Origin: Pseudomonadota bacterium
GTDB taxonomy: Bacteria > Myxococcota_A > Polyangia > Polyangiales > Polyangiaceae
Length of the DNA: 64,000 nt
NCBI GenBank assembly: GCA_023431345.1
Contig: JAEYWK010000186.1
Location: 38,946-102,945, forward strand
Reading direction: 5' to 3'
Part shown: positions 17,416-26,600 of the stretch, one piece after another
How the letters are laid out: each line of letters starts with the position of its first letter
Position numbering within the stretch: the stretch's first letter is position 1
Notes under the pieces: model-generated
What the model was told of the DNA's origin: nothing
What the model saw: only the letters and a program-made list of their open reading frames with translations
Database searches by the model: none
Program-made: the position numbers and the translations under genes

Positions 17416-19074
17416 TTACGGCTCGAGGTTGCTGTCGCGGGGGGCCTCGGGGAGCAGCGTCGGGCCGGAGAAGGGCAGCTTGACCACGAACGAGGCGCCG
17501 CCCCCGGGGGCGTCGTGGAACCGAATCTCCCCGCCGTGCTCGAGCACGATGCGCTCGACGATGGCGAGGCCCAGGCCCGTGCCTTCGGCTTTGGTCGTCG
17601 CGTAGGGCTCGAACAGCTTGTCGCGCATCTCTTTCGCCACGCCGGGGCCATTGTCGGTCACGCTGAGCACCCACTTGTCGTGCTCACGGGCGACGCGCAC
17701 CTTCACCCGGCCATCGCCCTGCCCCGCCAGCGCTTGCTGCGCGTTTTGCACCAGGTTCGTCACGACCTGCACCAGCTGGTCCCGATCGGCGATGAGCTCC
17801 GGAGAAGGCTCGGCCTCGAGCTCGATGGGCGCGCCCGCGGCTGCGTGCAGGCTGACGACCGAGCGCACCGCCTCCGCGGCGTCGAAGGGGGCGGGCTGAG
17901 GCGCCGGCAGCCGCGCGAAGCGCGTGAACTCGCCGACGATGTGGGTGATGCGCGCGACCTCGTCGAGCACCGTGCGCGTGGCCTCGTCGAAGTACTCGTC
18001 GAAGCGCGGATCGCTACGAGCGCGTAGGCGGCGTAGCGTCTCGACGGAGGCTCGAATCGGCAGCAGCGGGTTCTTGATCTCGTGCGCGACTCGCCGCGCG
18101 ATTTCGCGTCGAGCCGCGATGCGCTCGGTGACGGCGAGCCGCTTGCGCAGCGCGACCAGGTCCGCGATGGCGCGGTTGAAGGCCTCGGCGGCCTCCACCA
18201 GCTCCCGCGCGCCGCTGGCTACGACGGGCCGCGGATCGCCGTGCATCACGCGCTGCGCCTGCTCGGCCAGCGCTCGCACGGGGCGCGCCAAGCCGCGCGA
18301 GAGCAGCACCGTGATGAGCAGCGCGGAGGCCAGCGTAGCGCTGCCGATCAGCAGCACCGTCAAGTCGAGCTGCTCGACGGTCGAGAGCAGGGCCCGGCGC
18401 GAGCGCGACGCGGTGATAGAGAGCCCTTGCTCGGAGAGCGGCAGCGTACGCTGCAGGCGATCGCTCGAGTCGAGCGGGGGCTCCAAGCTCAGCTCGACGC
18501 CGGAGCTCTTGCCGATGCGAGAGAGCAGCGCCTCGAGGTTACGCGAGGCGTAGACGCCGACCCACAGCTTGGGGCGCGCCGAGTCGCGCCGCACACAAGC
18601 GGCTTCGACCTCGAGCTCTCGGCCCACGCTGTCGAGCTGGGCGGAGGCGGGGGCCTTCGCGACGCGCGCGAGCAGCTTTGCGTCCTTCTGCCCGACCTGC
18701 CCCGGGCTGGTCGAGCCGAGGATCTCGCCCGACGAGGTCAAGATCACCAGCTGGTCGAGCGACAGCGCGCGCGCCAGCTTCGGCACCCGAAGGCTGATCG
18801 GCAAGCGCCGCGCGGCCAGGTCGTCGGACACCAGACCGACGAGGGCGCTGTCGACCAGCGGATCGTCCTGGCACAGTGGCCGCACCAGCTCTGGCAGCTC
18901 GCTGATCTCGCTCGTCAGCTGGTCGCGCAGGGGCACCAGCGCCTGGCTGAAAGCGGCCTCGAAGCTGCGCTCCTCGGCCACACGCCAGGCCGCGCGTACC
19001 CCGAGGCCGAGCGCCAGCAGCACCCCCACCGTCAACGCGAAGATCGCTAGGCCAAGCCGCTGTGCGAGACTCAC
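17416..19074 (-). CDS. Sensor histidine kinase with two TMs, HAMP, HisKA, HATPase_c
   Basis: TM MSLAQRLGLAIFALTVGVLLALGLGV. Periplasmic about 180 aa. Second TM LLIGSATLASALLITVLL. HAMP. H-box HEIKNPLLPIRASVETLRR. G-boxes DNGPGV...GTGLGLAIVERIVLEHGGEI. Confidence 0.8.
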   Translation of the reverse strand: MSLAQRLGLAIFALTVGVLLALGLGVRAAWRVAEERSFEAAFSQALVPLRDQLTSEISELPELVRPLCQDDPLVDSALVGLVSDDLAARRLPISLRVPKLARALSLDQLVILTSSGEILGSTSPGQVGQKDAKLLARVAKAPASAQLDSVGRELEVEAACVRRDSARPKLWVGVYASRNLEALLSRIGKSSGVELSLEPPLDSSDRLQRTLPLSEQGLSITASRSRRALLSTVEQLDLTVLLIGSATLASALLITVLLSRGLARPVRALAEQAQRVMHGDPRPVVASGARELVEAAEAFNRAIADLVALRKRLAVTERIAARREIARRVAHEIKNPLLPIRASVETLRRLRARSDPRFDEYFDEATRTVLDEVARITHIVGEFTRFARLPAPQPAPFDAAEAVRSVVSLHAAAGAPIELEAEPSPELIADRDQLVQVVTNLVQNAQQALAGQGDGRVKVRVAREHDKWVLSVTDNGPGVAKEMRDKLFEPYATTKAEGTGLGLAIVERIVLEHGGEIRFHDAPGGGASFVVKLPFSGPTLLPEAPRDSNLEP

Positions 19075-19138
19075 GCGGGCAGCCTACAACATCGCTGTGC
19101 GGAAGTAGCTCGGAGGCGGAAGGTGCTAGGCTGCCGCG

Positions 19139-21769
19139 GTGCGACGTCGCTCTGCGCTTCTCCTTGCTTGCTCGACCTCTCTCGCCCTGGCGTGCAGCGG
19201 CACGAGCGCGATCACCAAAATTGGCGGCCTGCCGTACGCGCAGCGCAGCGCAGCCAAGAAAAAGCCGAGCGCGCGCACGGGTCCGCTCGTCGCGCATCGC
19301 TTCGCGGAGGTGACGGACGTAGTGGGCCCGTACGTGGGGCGTGACGGCGCGCAGTCACTCGCCGTTTGGGCGGAAGCAGCCGGCGGCGGTCGCGCGCTCT
19401 TCGCCTCGCCCATCGACGAGCGCGGAGCGCCAGGCGAAGCCGTGCGCGTCGGTAGCGTGCCGAGCGAGCTGGACTTGGTCTTGGTGCGCGGCTTCGGCAG
19501 AGCGTCGGCGAGCGCTCCGGGAAACCCCCGCTTCGCGCTGGTGACGACGCGCCAGTCCGAGCAGAAAACGCGCATCGACGTCACGGCCGTCGACGCCCTG
19601 GGCGCGCCGGTTTGGGGGCCCAGCAGCGTCGCCGAGCGCAGCGCGCGCGTGCTGTGGCTCGGCTTCGTGACCAGCGCCGACAAGCCGTTGCTGCTCTGGG
19701 CCGAGCAAGCCGCGAGCGCCAAGCCCGGCGAGCCCGCCGCCATCTATTCGCTGCCGATCGGCGCGAGCGACCGAGCGCCGGCGCCCACGCTGCTGAGCGC
19801 CAAGGCTTGCGTGTGGCAGGTCGCGGCGAGCGCGGGTACGGCCGCGCTCGCGAGCGTCAAGGGCGCCCACGGCTGCAGCGGAGGTAGCGGCGTCGCGCTC
19901 GATCTGCTCGACGGCGTCGGCCGGTCGGTGAAGAGCGTCGACGTGGGTGGTCGCGCGGGGCTCGACTTGGATCTCGTCGGCACCGAGAGCGGCTACGTGC
20001 TGGCGTGGTCCGATCGCGGCCAGCTCGAGCCGCGCGCGTTCACGGCCGTGGTCGATGGCAAGGGCGCGCTGCTCTCGCCGGCTGCTCCCGCTGTGCCCGC
20101 GCTCGGCGAGCAAGCGGTGATCGCGCTCGTGCCGGGCAGCACGGAGAGCGCGGCCGCGTTTCTGGTTTGGGAGAACGTGAACGACCGAGCCGACGTGGGC
20201 CGCTCGTTTCAGATCTCCGCGCTCACGACGACGGGGCGGCAGAGCGGCGCGCATTCGCGGCTGCTGTACGCCCGGGCCGACGGCGGCGCCCCCGAGCTCG
20301 TCGCTCACCAGGGCGGCGTGGCGGCGCTCACGCTCGCGCCAGCGTGCGCGAGCGATGAAGGTTGTGAAGGCAGCCCCGCCGTGCCCACGTTCGTGGCGTT
20401 GGACGCGTCGCTCGCGGTGCGCGCCTCGGAGCCGCTGCTGCTCGATGGGCTCGCCGGGCGCGCCGCCGATCTGGGCTGGGGGCTGACTTGTCACGACGGG
20501 GGCTGCTTCGCGCTCGCGGCGCCCAGTCGCAGCCCCGCGCCGCTGTTCACGGTGCCGCTGCCGATTCGCCAGAGCCCGTTCCGCGCCGCGGCCGAGCCGG
20601 TGATCGCGGAGGCCAAGCCGCGCGTGGTCTCGAGCGAAGTCGTGCTCCGCGCCCCGGCCCCGCTGGCCCAGGTCGCGCTCGGCGACGTCGGCGGGCAGAC
20701 GCTCGTGGGCTACGTCACCGATTTCGACCCCACCACTCCATGGCAGAAGCTGACCAAGCCCGCCGAAGACGGGCGCTTGGAGCCGCTCCGCGCGCGCATC
20801 GCGACGCGCGCTCTGCAAAGCTCGGCGCCGCGCGCGCCCGCGTCCCTCGAAGAGCAGCTGATCTCGCTGCGCGCCCATTCGCTGGGCGGTCTCTCGCTCG
20901 TGAGCGAGGGCGCCGCCGCCAAGCAGGGGCTCGCGCTGTGGATGGGCCTCGACAAAGGCGACCCGCAGGTGTTCGCCACGCAGCTGAGCGCCGACGCTCA
21001 GCGCGGCCAACAGCGCATGCTGACGCGCAAGACGGGTGACGCGAGCGACGTCGTGGGGCTCGCGGTCGACGGCGGCTACCTGGTCGCGTGGGTCGACGAG
21101 CGCACCAGCGACGCCGAGGTGTATGCGGTCCGCGTGGGGCGCGCGCTCGAGAAGGCCAGCCCCGAGCAGCGCATCACGACCGCGGACGGCGCCGCCTCGG
21201 AGCTCGAGCTCGGTCGCTTGGGCGGCAAGCCGTTCGCGGTTTGGTCCGACGCGCGCGCGGCGCATGAGCCCGGCTGGGCCGACATTTATGGCGCCTTCTT
21301 GCGGCCCGGCGACGCCGCGCGCGACGGCGCGGAGCGCCGCCTCTCGAGCACGCGCCCGCACTCGTTCTCCCCGCGCCTGGCCGAGCTCGGCCAAACGCCG
21401 ATCTTGGCGTGGCTCGAAGCGGGCACCGAAGCCGAGCCCGCGAGCGTGCGCCTCGTCGCGCTCGCCGCGAGCGGCGACGTCTCCGGTGACGTTTCGGCGA
21501 TTTCGCTCGAGGGCGCCGTGCCGCGCGGGCTCGCCATCGCGTGCAGCGAGGTGGCGTGTCGGGTGCTGGTCACGGCCGAGGTCGACGCCCAGGGGGAGCT
21601 GCTCGGCTTCGAGTGGCGGCCCAGCACGCGAGCCACCCCCAAGCGCCTATCGAGCCTCGGTACGCCCGCGTCCGCGAACGTCGCTCCCCTGCTGCGCGGT
21701 GATACCGCGTTCGTCGCCGATCAACGCGACGGTCGCGGGCTCGTGCGGCGACTCGGCGTCGAGTGGTGA
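19139..21769 (+). CDS. Large (876 aa) lipoprotein with repeated beta-propeller-like blades
   Basis: Lipobox LLLACSTSLALACSG. Recurring units such as ESGYVLAWSDRGQLEPRAF, GGYLVAWVDERTSDAEVYAVRV, GGKPFAVWSDARAAHEPGWADIYGAF. The overlapping minus ORF 19355..21394 is an Arg-rich shadow. Confidence 0.6.
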   Translation: MRRRSALLLACSTSLALACSGTSAITKIGGLPYAQRSAAKKKPSARTGPLVAHRFAEVTDVVGPYVGRDGAQSLAVWAEAAGGGRALFASPIDERGAPGEAVRVGSVPSELDLVLVRGFGRASASAPGNPRFALVTTRQSEQKTRIDVTAVDALGAPVWGPSSVAERSARVLWLGFVTSADKPLLLWAEQAASAKPGEPAAIYSLPIGASDRAPAPTLLSAKACVWQVAASAGTAALASVKGAHGCSGGSGVALDLLDGVGRSVKSVDVGGRAGLDLDLVGTESGYVLAWSDRGQLEPRAFTAVVDGKGALLSPAAPAVPALGEQAVIALVPGSTESAAAFLVWENVNDRADVGRSFQISALTTTGRQSGAHSRLLYARADGGAPELVAHQGGVAALTLAPACASDEGCEGSPAVPTFVALDASLAVRASEPLLLDGLAGRAADLGWGLTCHDGGCFALAAPSRSPAPLFTVPLPIRQSPFRAAAEPVIAEAKPRVVSSEVVLRAPAPLAQVALGDVGGQTLVGYVTDFDPTTPWQKLTKPAEDGRLEPLRARIATRALQSSAPRAPASLEEQLISLRAHSLGGLSLVSEGAAAKQGLALWMGLDKGDPQVFATQLSADAQRGQQRMLTRKTGDASDVVGLAVDGGYLVAWVDERTSDAEVYAVRVGRALEKASPEQRITTADGAASELELGRLGGKPFAVWSDARAAHEPGWADIYGAFLRPGDAARDGAERRLSSTRPHSFSPRLAELGQTPILAWLEAGTEAEPASVRLVALAASGDVSGDVSAISLEGAVPRGLAIACSEVACRVLVTAEVDAQGELLGFEWRPSTRATPKRLSSLGTPASANVAPLLRGDTAFVADQRDGRGLVRRLGVEW

Positions 21770-21773
21770 GCGC

Positions 21774-22151
21774 TTAGGGCGCCTCGCTCGCGTCGAAGTC
21801 GACGTGCAAGCGGTTGCCGTCTGGGTCGAGCAGATTGACGATCACGTTACCCGTACCGGGCTGACGGCTCTGGCGAAAGCTCACGCCGTGCTGCGTGAGC
21901 CGGGCTACGAAATCGCCGAGGCCGCTGGCGGCGAACGCAAAGTGCTCGAGCCGGAGTGGCCCTTCCGGCGCGGGCTGCTCGGCGGTGCCCACGAGGTGGA
22001 TGACCGCTCGGTCGCCCGCGTACAGCCACACCCCCGGAAATCCGAGCGGTGGCCGCTCTCCGAGCTGCAGCCCCACGACCTCGGTGTAGAACCGGGCGAG
22101 CTGCTCCAAGTTGGCAGTGCGCACGTTGACGTGATCGAGCCAGCGGATCAT
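21774..22151 (-). CDS. Glyoxalase/bleomycin-resistance/VOC-family protein
   Basis: MIRWLDHVNVRTANLEQLARFYTEVVGLQLGERP...LEHFAFAAS...GVSF is the classic VOC beta-alpha-beta-beta-beta module. 125 aa. Confidence 0.75.
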   Translation of the reverse strand: MIRWLDHVNVRTANLEQLARFYTEVVGLQLGERPPLGFPGVWLYAGDRAVIHLVGTAEQPAPEGPLRLEHFAFAASGLGDFVARLTQHGVSFRQSRQPGTGNVIVNLLDPDGNRLHVDFDASEAP

Positions 22152-22218
22152 CGCCCGACACTAACACCCGTGGTGGCGAGCGGTCAGCGCGTGCGCAGAG
22201 CTACTCCGAACCGCGCCC

Positions 22219-23541
22219 TCAGAAGCCGGGTGACGTGCTGCCTTCGGTGCTCGCGTCGCTGCGCTGGCCTTCGGCCTCGAGACCTGAGCCGTAAGACGGG
22301 CTGGGCGCGGAGGGCGGGACGTCGTCTTCCAGCTTCACGTCGTAGGGGTTCGGCTCTTCGGAGGGTGAGCGCACGGCCGGCGCGGCGTCGTCAGTGGCGG
22401 GGCGCGGCGGTGGCGGCGCGACGCGCGCGACCTTGCGTCGCGCCTTCGGCTTCGGCGCGGGCGCTGCAGCAGGCGGGGACGCGCTCGGCGCAGGCTCCGT
22501 CACGAGCGCCGGCTCGGGCGCGCTGGCGACCGGGCTCGCGCTGGCGGCCGGGCTGATGACGCGCGCAGCAGCGGCCAGGGTAGCGGCGGCGACGGCGACG
22601 GGGGGGGAGGCCGCGATCGGAGCTTCCGGCGCACGACGCGCGAGCGCGAAGGTGAGCAGTGAGGCGGCCGCGGCGGAGCCGATCGACGAAACGACGATCC
22701 ATTTCTTCGACGAGCGCTGCACGTCGCGAAAGTGGCTGGCGGCAACGACGCTGAGATCCGCCGAGCGCGGCGCGGGGCGGGGGTTCGCGTCGGTCGTGGT
22801 GGGCGCGAGCGTCTGCGGCGCGTTCGCGCTGTACGGCGAGGCCGTGCGCTGCGCTTCGACGGGCGCCAAATCGAAGCTGATGGTGGCGGCCGGGCGAGCG
22901 TAAACCGCGAGCACCTCCGCGTCGTCACCCTCGCCGGGCGGGATCGCCGGGCGCGTCGCCGGGAGGGGGTTCGACGGGCGGCTGCTCGGCGTGGGCAGGC
23001 CGAACGGCAGCGTGCTGCGTCGGCTCGGCAGCGCATGGGGGGCTGGCGTCGAGCTGCGCGGAGGTGGGGTCGTCTTGGCCGCGGGCCGGCTCGGCTCGAC
23101 GGCGGGGATGCTCATCAAAGGGGCCCTCGGCACCACCGACGGCGGCGGCCCGAGCGGAGTCGTGGTCGCGGGCGCGCTCGTCACCGCTGGCGCCGGGCTA
23201 GCCTCGCTCGCGGCCGAAGCGCTCGGGGCCATACGCGCCGCGAGGCGGAGCTGCGGCACGCGATCGACGGATGCCCACTCCTTCATCCCCGCTCGCCACA
23301 CCAGCGAACGCAGCGTGAGCTTGTGCTGGCGCAGGGCGTCGACGACCTCGACCGTGCTCATCGGCACCACCACCGAATCGCTGGTGTTGACGAGCCACTC
23401 GCCGGGCGTCGTCGAGATCGACACCGTCACGGCATCGTCCGCGTCGCCCGACTGCTCTCGATAGTCGGGCAGCGCGTCCCAGCCGCGGTCTACGACGCGG
23501 GAATCGTCATCCATCGCTGCGAGCCTGCATTGTAGCTGCAT
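22219..23541 (-). CDS. Membrane-anchored protein with N-terminal GYF-like (DUF4339-type) domain and long Pro/Ala/Ser-rich linker
   Basis: TTPGEWLVNTSDSVVVPMSTVEVVDALRQHKLTLRSLVWRAGMKEWASV matches the GYF_2/DUF4339 pattern common in Myxococcota. One TM (WIVVSSIGSAAAASLLTFALA). True start may be MDDDSR at 23514. Confidence 0.55.
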   Translation of the reverse strand: MQLQCRLAAMDDDSRVVDRGWDALPDYREQSGDADDAVTVSISTTPGEWLVNTSDSVVVPMSTVEVVDALRQHKLTLRSLVWRAGMKEWASVDRVPQLRLAARMAPSASAASEASPAPAVTSAPATTTPLGPPPSVVPRAPLMSIPAVEPSRPAAKTTPPPRSSTPAPHALPSRRSTLPFGLPTPSSRPSNPLPATRPAIPPGEGDDAEVLAVYARPAATISFDLAPVEAQRTASPYSANAPQTLAPTTTDANPRPAPRSADLSVVAASHFRDVQRSSKKWIVVSSIGSAAAASLLTFALARRAPEAPIAASPPVAVAAATLAAAARVISPAASASPVASAPEPALVTEPAPSASPPAAAPAPKPKARRKVARVAPPPPRPATDDAAPAVRSPSEEPNPYDVKLEDDVPPSAPSPSYGSGLEAEGQRSDASTEGSTSPGF

Positions 23542-23678
23542 TCAGGAGGCACGGCAGCCCTCCGCCGTTGCGGGCTCGTGGCGCCGCGTCCATACCGGCG
23601 CGATTTTTTGAGTGAACGCGGACCGGCGAACGGCCCGCCGTGAACGCGCGTGTAGCGCTCTCCGGCATGTTAGCGCGC

Positions 23679-26600
23679 TCACTCCTCGACGGGTTCGTCG
23701 TCGTCGAGGTTGCTCAGCATCAGGTCGGGCGGATCAATCTTTCCGTAGTTGGCGTCAGCGGTGACAGGCTTGCCGAGCTTGATCGAATAGGGCTGATCGC
23801 CGTCGTCGATCGCATCGTCCTCCCCCGTTACGACGACTTGTTGCGGTGTCGACCAATTGCTGGTCGTAAACTCGAGGTTTTCGGGCACCGCCGTTCCCTC
23901 CGATGGATCGTCGCTGCTGACGGGGATCGACACCAAGCCCTTGGGCATCGACGTCAGCACGACCGTGAACGTCGCGACCCCGCCGGCCTCGGTCGTCGGC
24001 CCGCTGATCATCGACACCTGGATCCCCGCCATGTCGTCGTCGATGTTGAGCAGGTCGACGTCTTCCGGGTTCTTGCCCTGGTAGTTAAGGTCCTGGCTCA
24101 TGACGACGCCGGTCACGATCTTGTACGCCTGATCGCCATCCTGCTCTTTGTCGTTCTCGCCGTGGACCTCGATGGTCTGCTCGACGTTCCAGTTTGCGGG
24201 CGTGAACGTCACCGAGTCCACGGTGATCGTGCCCTCCGTTTCGTCATTGCTGGAGAGCGGGATGGTGACGTCGGCCGTCGGCTTGGAGCGCAAGACGATC
24301 GTGAACGTCGCCGTCTCACCCGTCTCCGTGGTCGGCCCCGACGCCGGCGAAATGTCGATGCCGGCCATGTCGTCGTCGACGTTCGACATCGCGACGTCGG
24401 GCGGATCTGTCTGCGCGTAGTCGGCGTCGGTCGTGGTCGGCTCCCCGAGCACGATCGTGTAGTCCTGGTCGCCGTCTTGCACCGTATCGTCCACCCCCTT
24501 CACGGTGATGGTCTGCGCGGCGTTCCAGTTCGTCGGCGTAAACACTAGCGACGTCGGGCTGACCGTGCCCTCCGAGGTATCGTTGCTGCTCACGGGCACC
24601 GTGACGTCACTCTTCGGCTTCGAAGTGAGCGCGACCGTGAACGAGAAGCTCGCCGCGCTGGCCTTCTCACCCGTCGTCCCGCGGCGGGGCGTGACGGTGA
24701 AGCCGGCGCTGTCGTCGTCCACGTTCTTGAGGGCCACGTCTGCCGCGTCCCTCTTCGAATAGTTCGCGTCGGTGCTGCTGGCCTCCCCGAGCAGGATCAT
24801 GTAGGGCTGATCGCCGTCGACCTCGTCGTCGTTCACCCCCGTGACGGTCACCGTCTTGGCCGAGTTGTAGTCAGTGGTCGTGAACGTCACGGACGCCACG
24901 TTTGGCGTCCCTTCACCCGGGTCACTGCTCGAGATGGGGATGGCGACGCTCGCCGTCGGCTGCGAGGTGAGCACGATCGTGAACGTCGTGCTCTTGCCGT
25001 CTTCCTTGGTGTCGCCGGCGGGCATCGACACCAAGATGCCGGCGCTGTCGTCGTCGATGTTGGTCAGGGTGACGTCGTCGGGATCGAGCCCTGCATAGCC
25101 GGCGTCCATGCTGACCGCCACGCCCACATCGATGGTGTAGACCTGGTCACCGTCTTGCACGCGCTCGTCCACGGGCGTGATGGTGATCTTCTGCGGCGCG
25201 TTCCAGTTGAGCGGCGTAAACGTCACCGAGTCGGGGCTGACGCTACCCTCCTTCGTATTCAGGCTCTTCACGGGGATGGCCACGGGCGCCTTCGGCTCGG
25301 AGCCGAGCACGATCGTGAAGGTCGCCGACATCCCCTTCTCGGTGGTGTCGTTGCTGGCGGGGCTGACCGTGATACGCGGGCTGTCGTCGTCGAGGTTGGT
25401 GGCCGGCACGTCGGCGGCGTCGCGCAGGTTGTATTTCGGATCCTGACTGCTGGCGGGCTCGATCAACACCAGGTAGGGCTGGGGCCCGTCCGCGACTTTG
25501 TCGTCGACGCCGGTCACCGTTACGGTGCGCGGCGAATTCCAGTTCGCGGCGGTGAAGAGCAAGCTGCTCGGGCTCACGGTTGCTTCCGTCGGCTTCGAGC
25601 TGCGCAGCGGGATCGTCACGTCCATGGTCGGCTGCGACTGCAGCTGGATGGTGAACGTCGCGGTGCCGCTCGGCTCCTTGGTGACCACGCCGCCCACCGG
25701 AAGGTTGACGATCACGCCCGGCGAGTCGTTGTCGAGGTTGGTGACGTTGACGTCCGCGACGTCGATGCCCTGGTACTTCGGGTCCTCGCTCTGCGCGGGG
25801 GCGGTGATGATCCGGTAAGGTTGATCGCCGTCGGCGACCTTGTCGTCGACGCCCTTGACCGTGACGGTCTGCGGCGCCGCCCAGTTGTCGCGCGTGAACG
25901 TCAGCAGGGCCGGCGTGACGGTGCCCTCGGCGGGCTTGTTGCTGGAGAGGCCGATGAGCACGTTCTTGGCAGGCCGCGACTGCAAGACGATTTGGAAGGT
26001 GGCAGGCGTGCCGTCTTCGCGCGTCTGCAGGTTGTTCTGGTTACGCAGCAAGATCCCCGGCTGATCATTGTCGAGGTTCGTCACCGTCACGTCGGGCGGA
26101 TCTTTGAGCTTGTAGTTGGCGTCGTCGCTGATCGCTTGGCCAAGGGTGATGCGATAGACCTGGGAGCCGTCCGCCGTGGCGTCGTCGTCGACGCCCTTGA
26201 TCGTGACGGTCTGCGGGGCTCCCCAGTTGAGGCGCGTGAACTTCAGGGCGGCCGTGTTCACGGTCCCTTCAGCCTGGTTCGTGCTCGACACCGGGATGGT
26301 GACGTCGGCCGTTGGCTCCGTGTTCAAGCGAACTTGGAAGGTAGCGGTGAGGCCGTTCTCGCTCGTGAGCAGGTTGTTGACGGGCCAGACGCTGAAGCCA
26401 GCCGTGTCGTCATCGATGTTGCTGACGTCGACGTTGGCCGCCACCATGCCCGAGTAGCTCGGGTCCGTGCTCACGGCGTCGTCGGTGAACACCTTGTAGC
26501 GCTGGTCGCCGTCCTGCATGTCGTCGTTCACGCCCTTGACGGTGACGGTTTGCGGCGCCGACCAATTGGCGGGCGTGAAGACGAGCTGAGGGGGGCTGAC

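Noticed and set aside
19355-21394. 679-aa minus-strand ORF, Arg/Ala/Gly-rich
   Set aside because: Antisense to the 876-aa lipoprotein gene, whose translation has ordinary amino-acid diversity, lipobox and repeats. This one reads as RGERVRARAREAALRA... with no hydrophobic core pattern.
23560-23605. Hairpin GCGCCG-N9-CGGCGC followed by GATTTTTT (terminator-like)
   Set aside because: It is oriented to terminate a + strand transcript, but both flanking genes are on the minus strand. For those it would read as an A-run before the stem. Likely fortuitous or a promoter-region element rather than a terminator.
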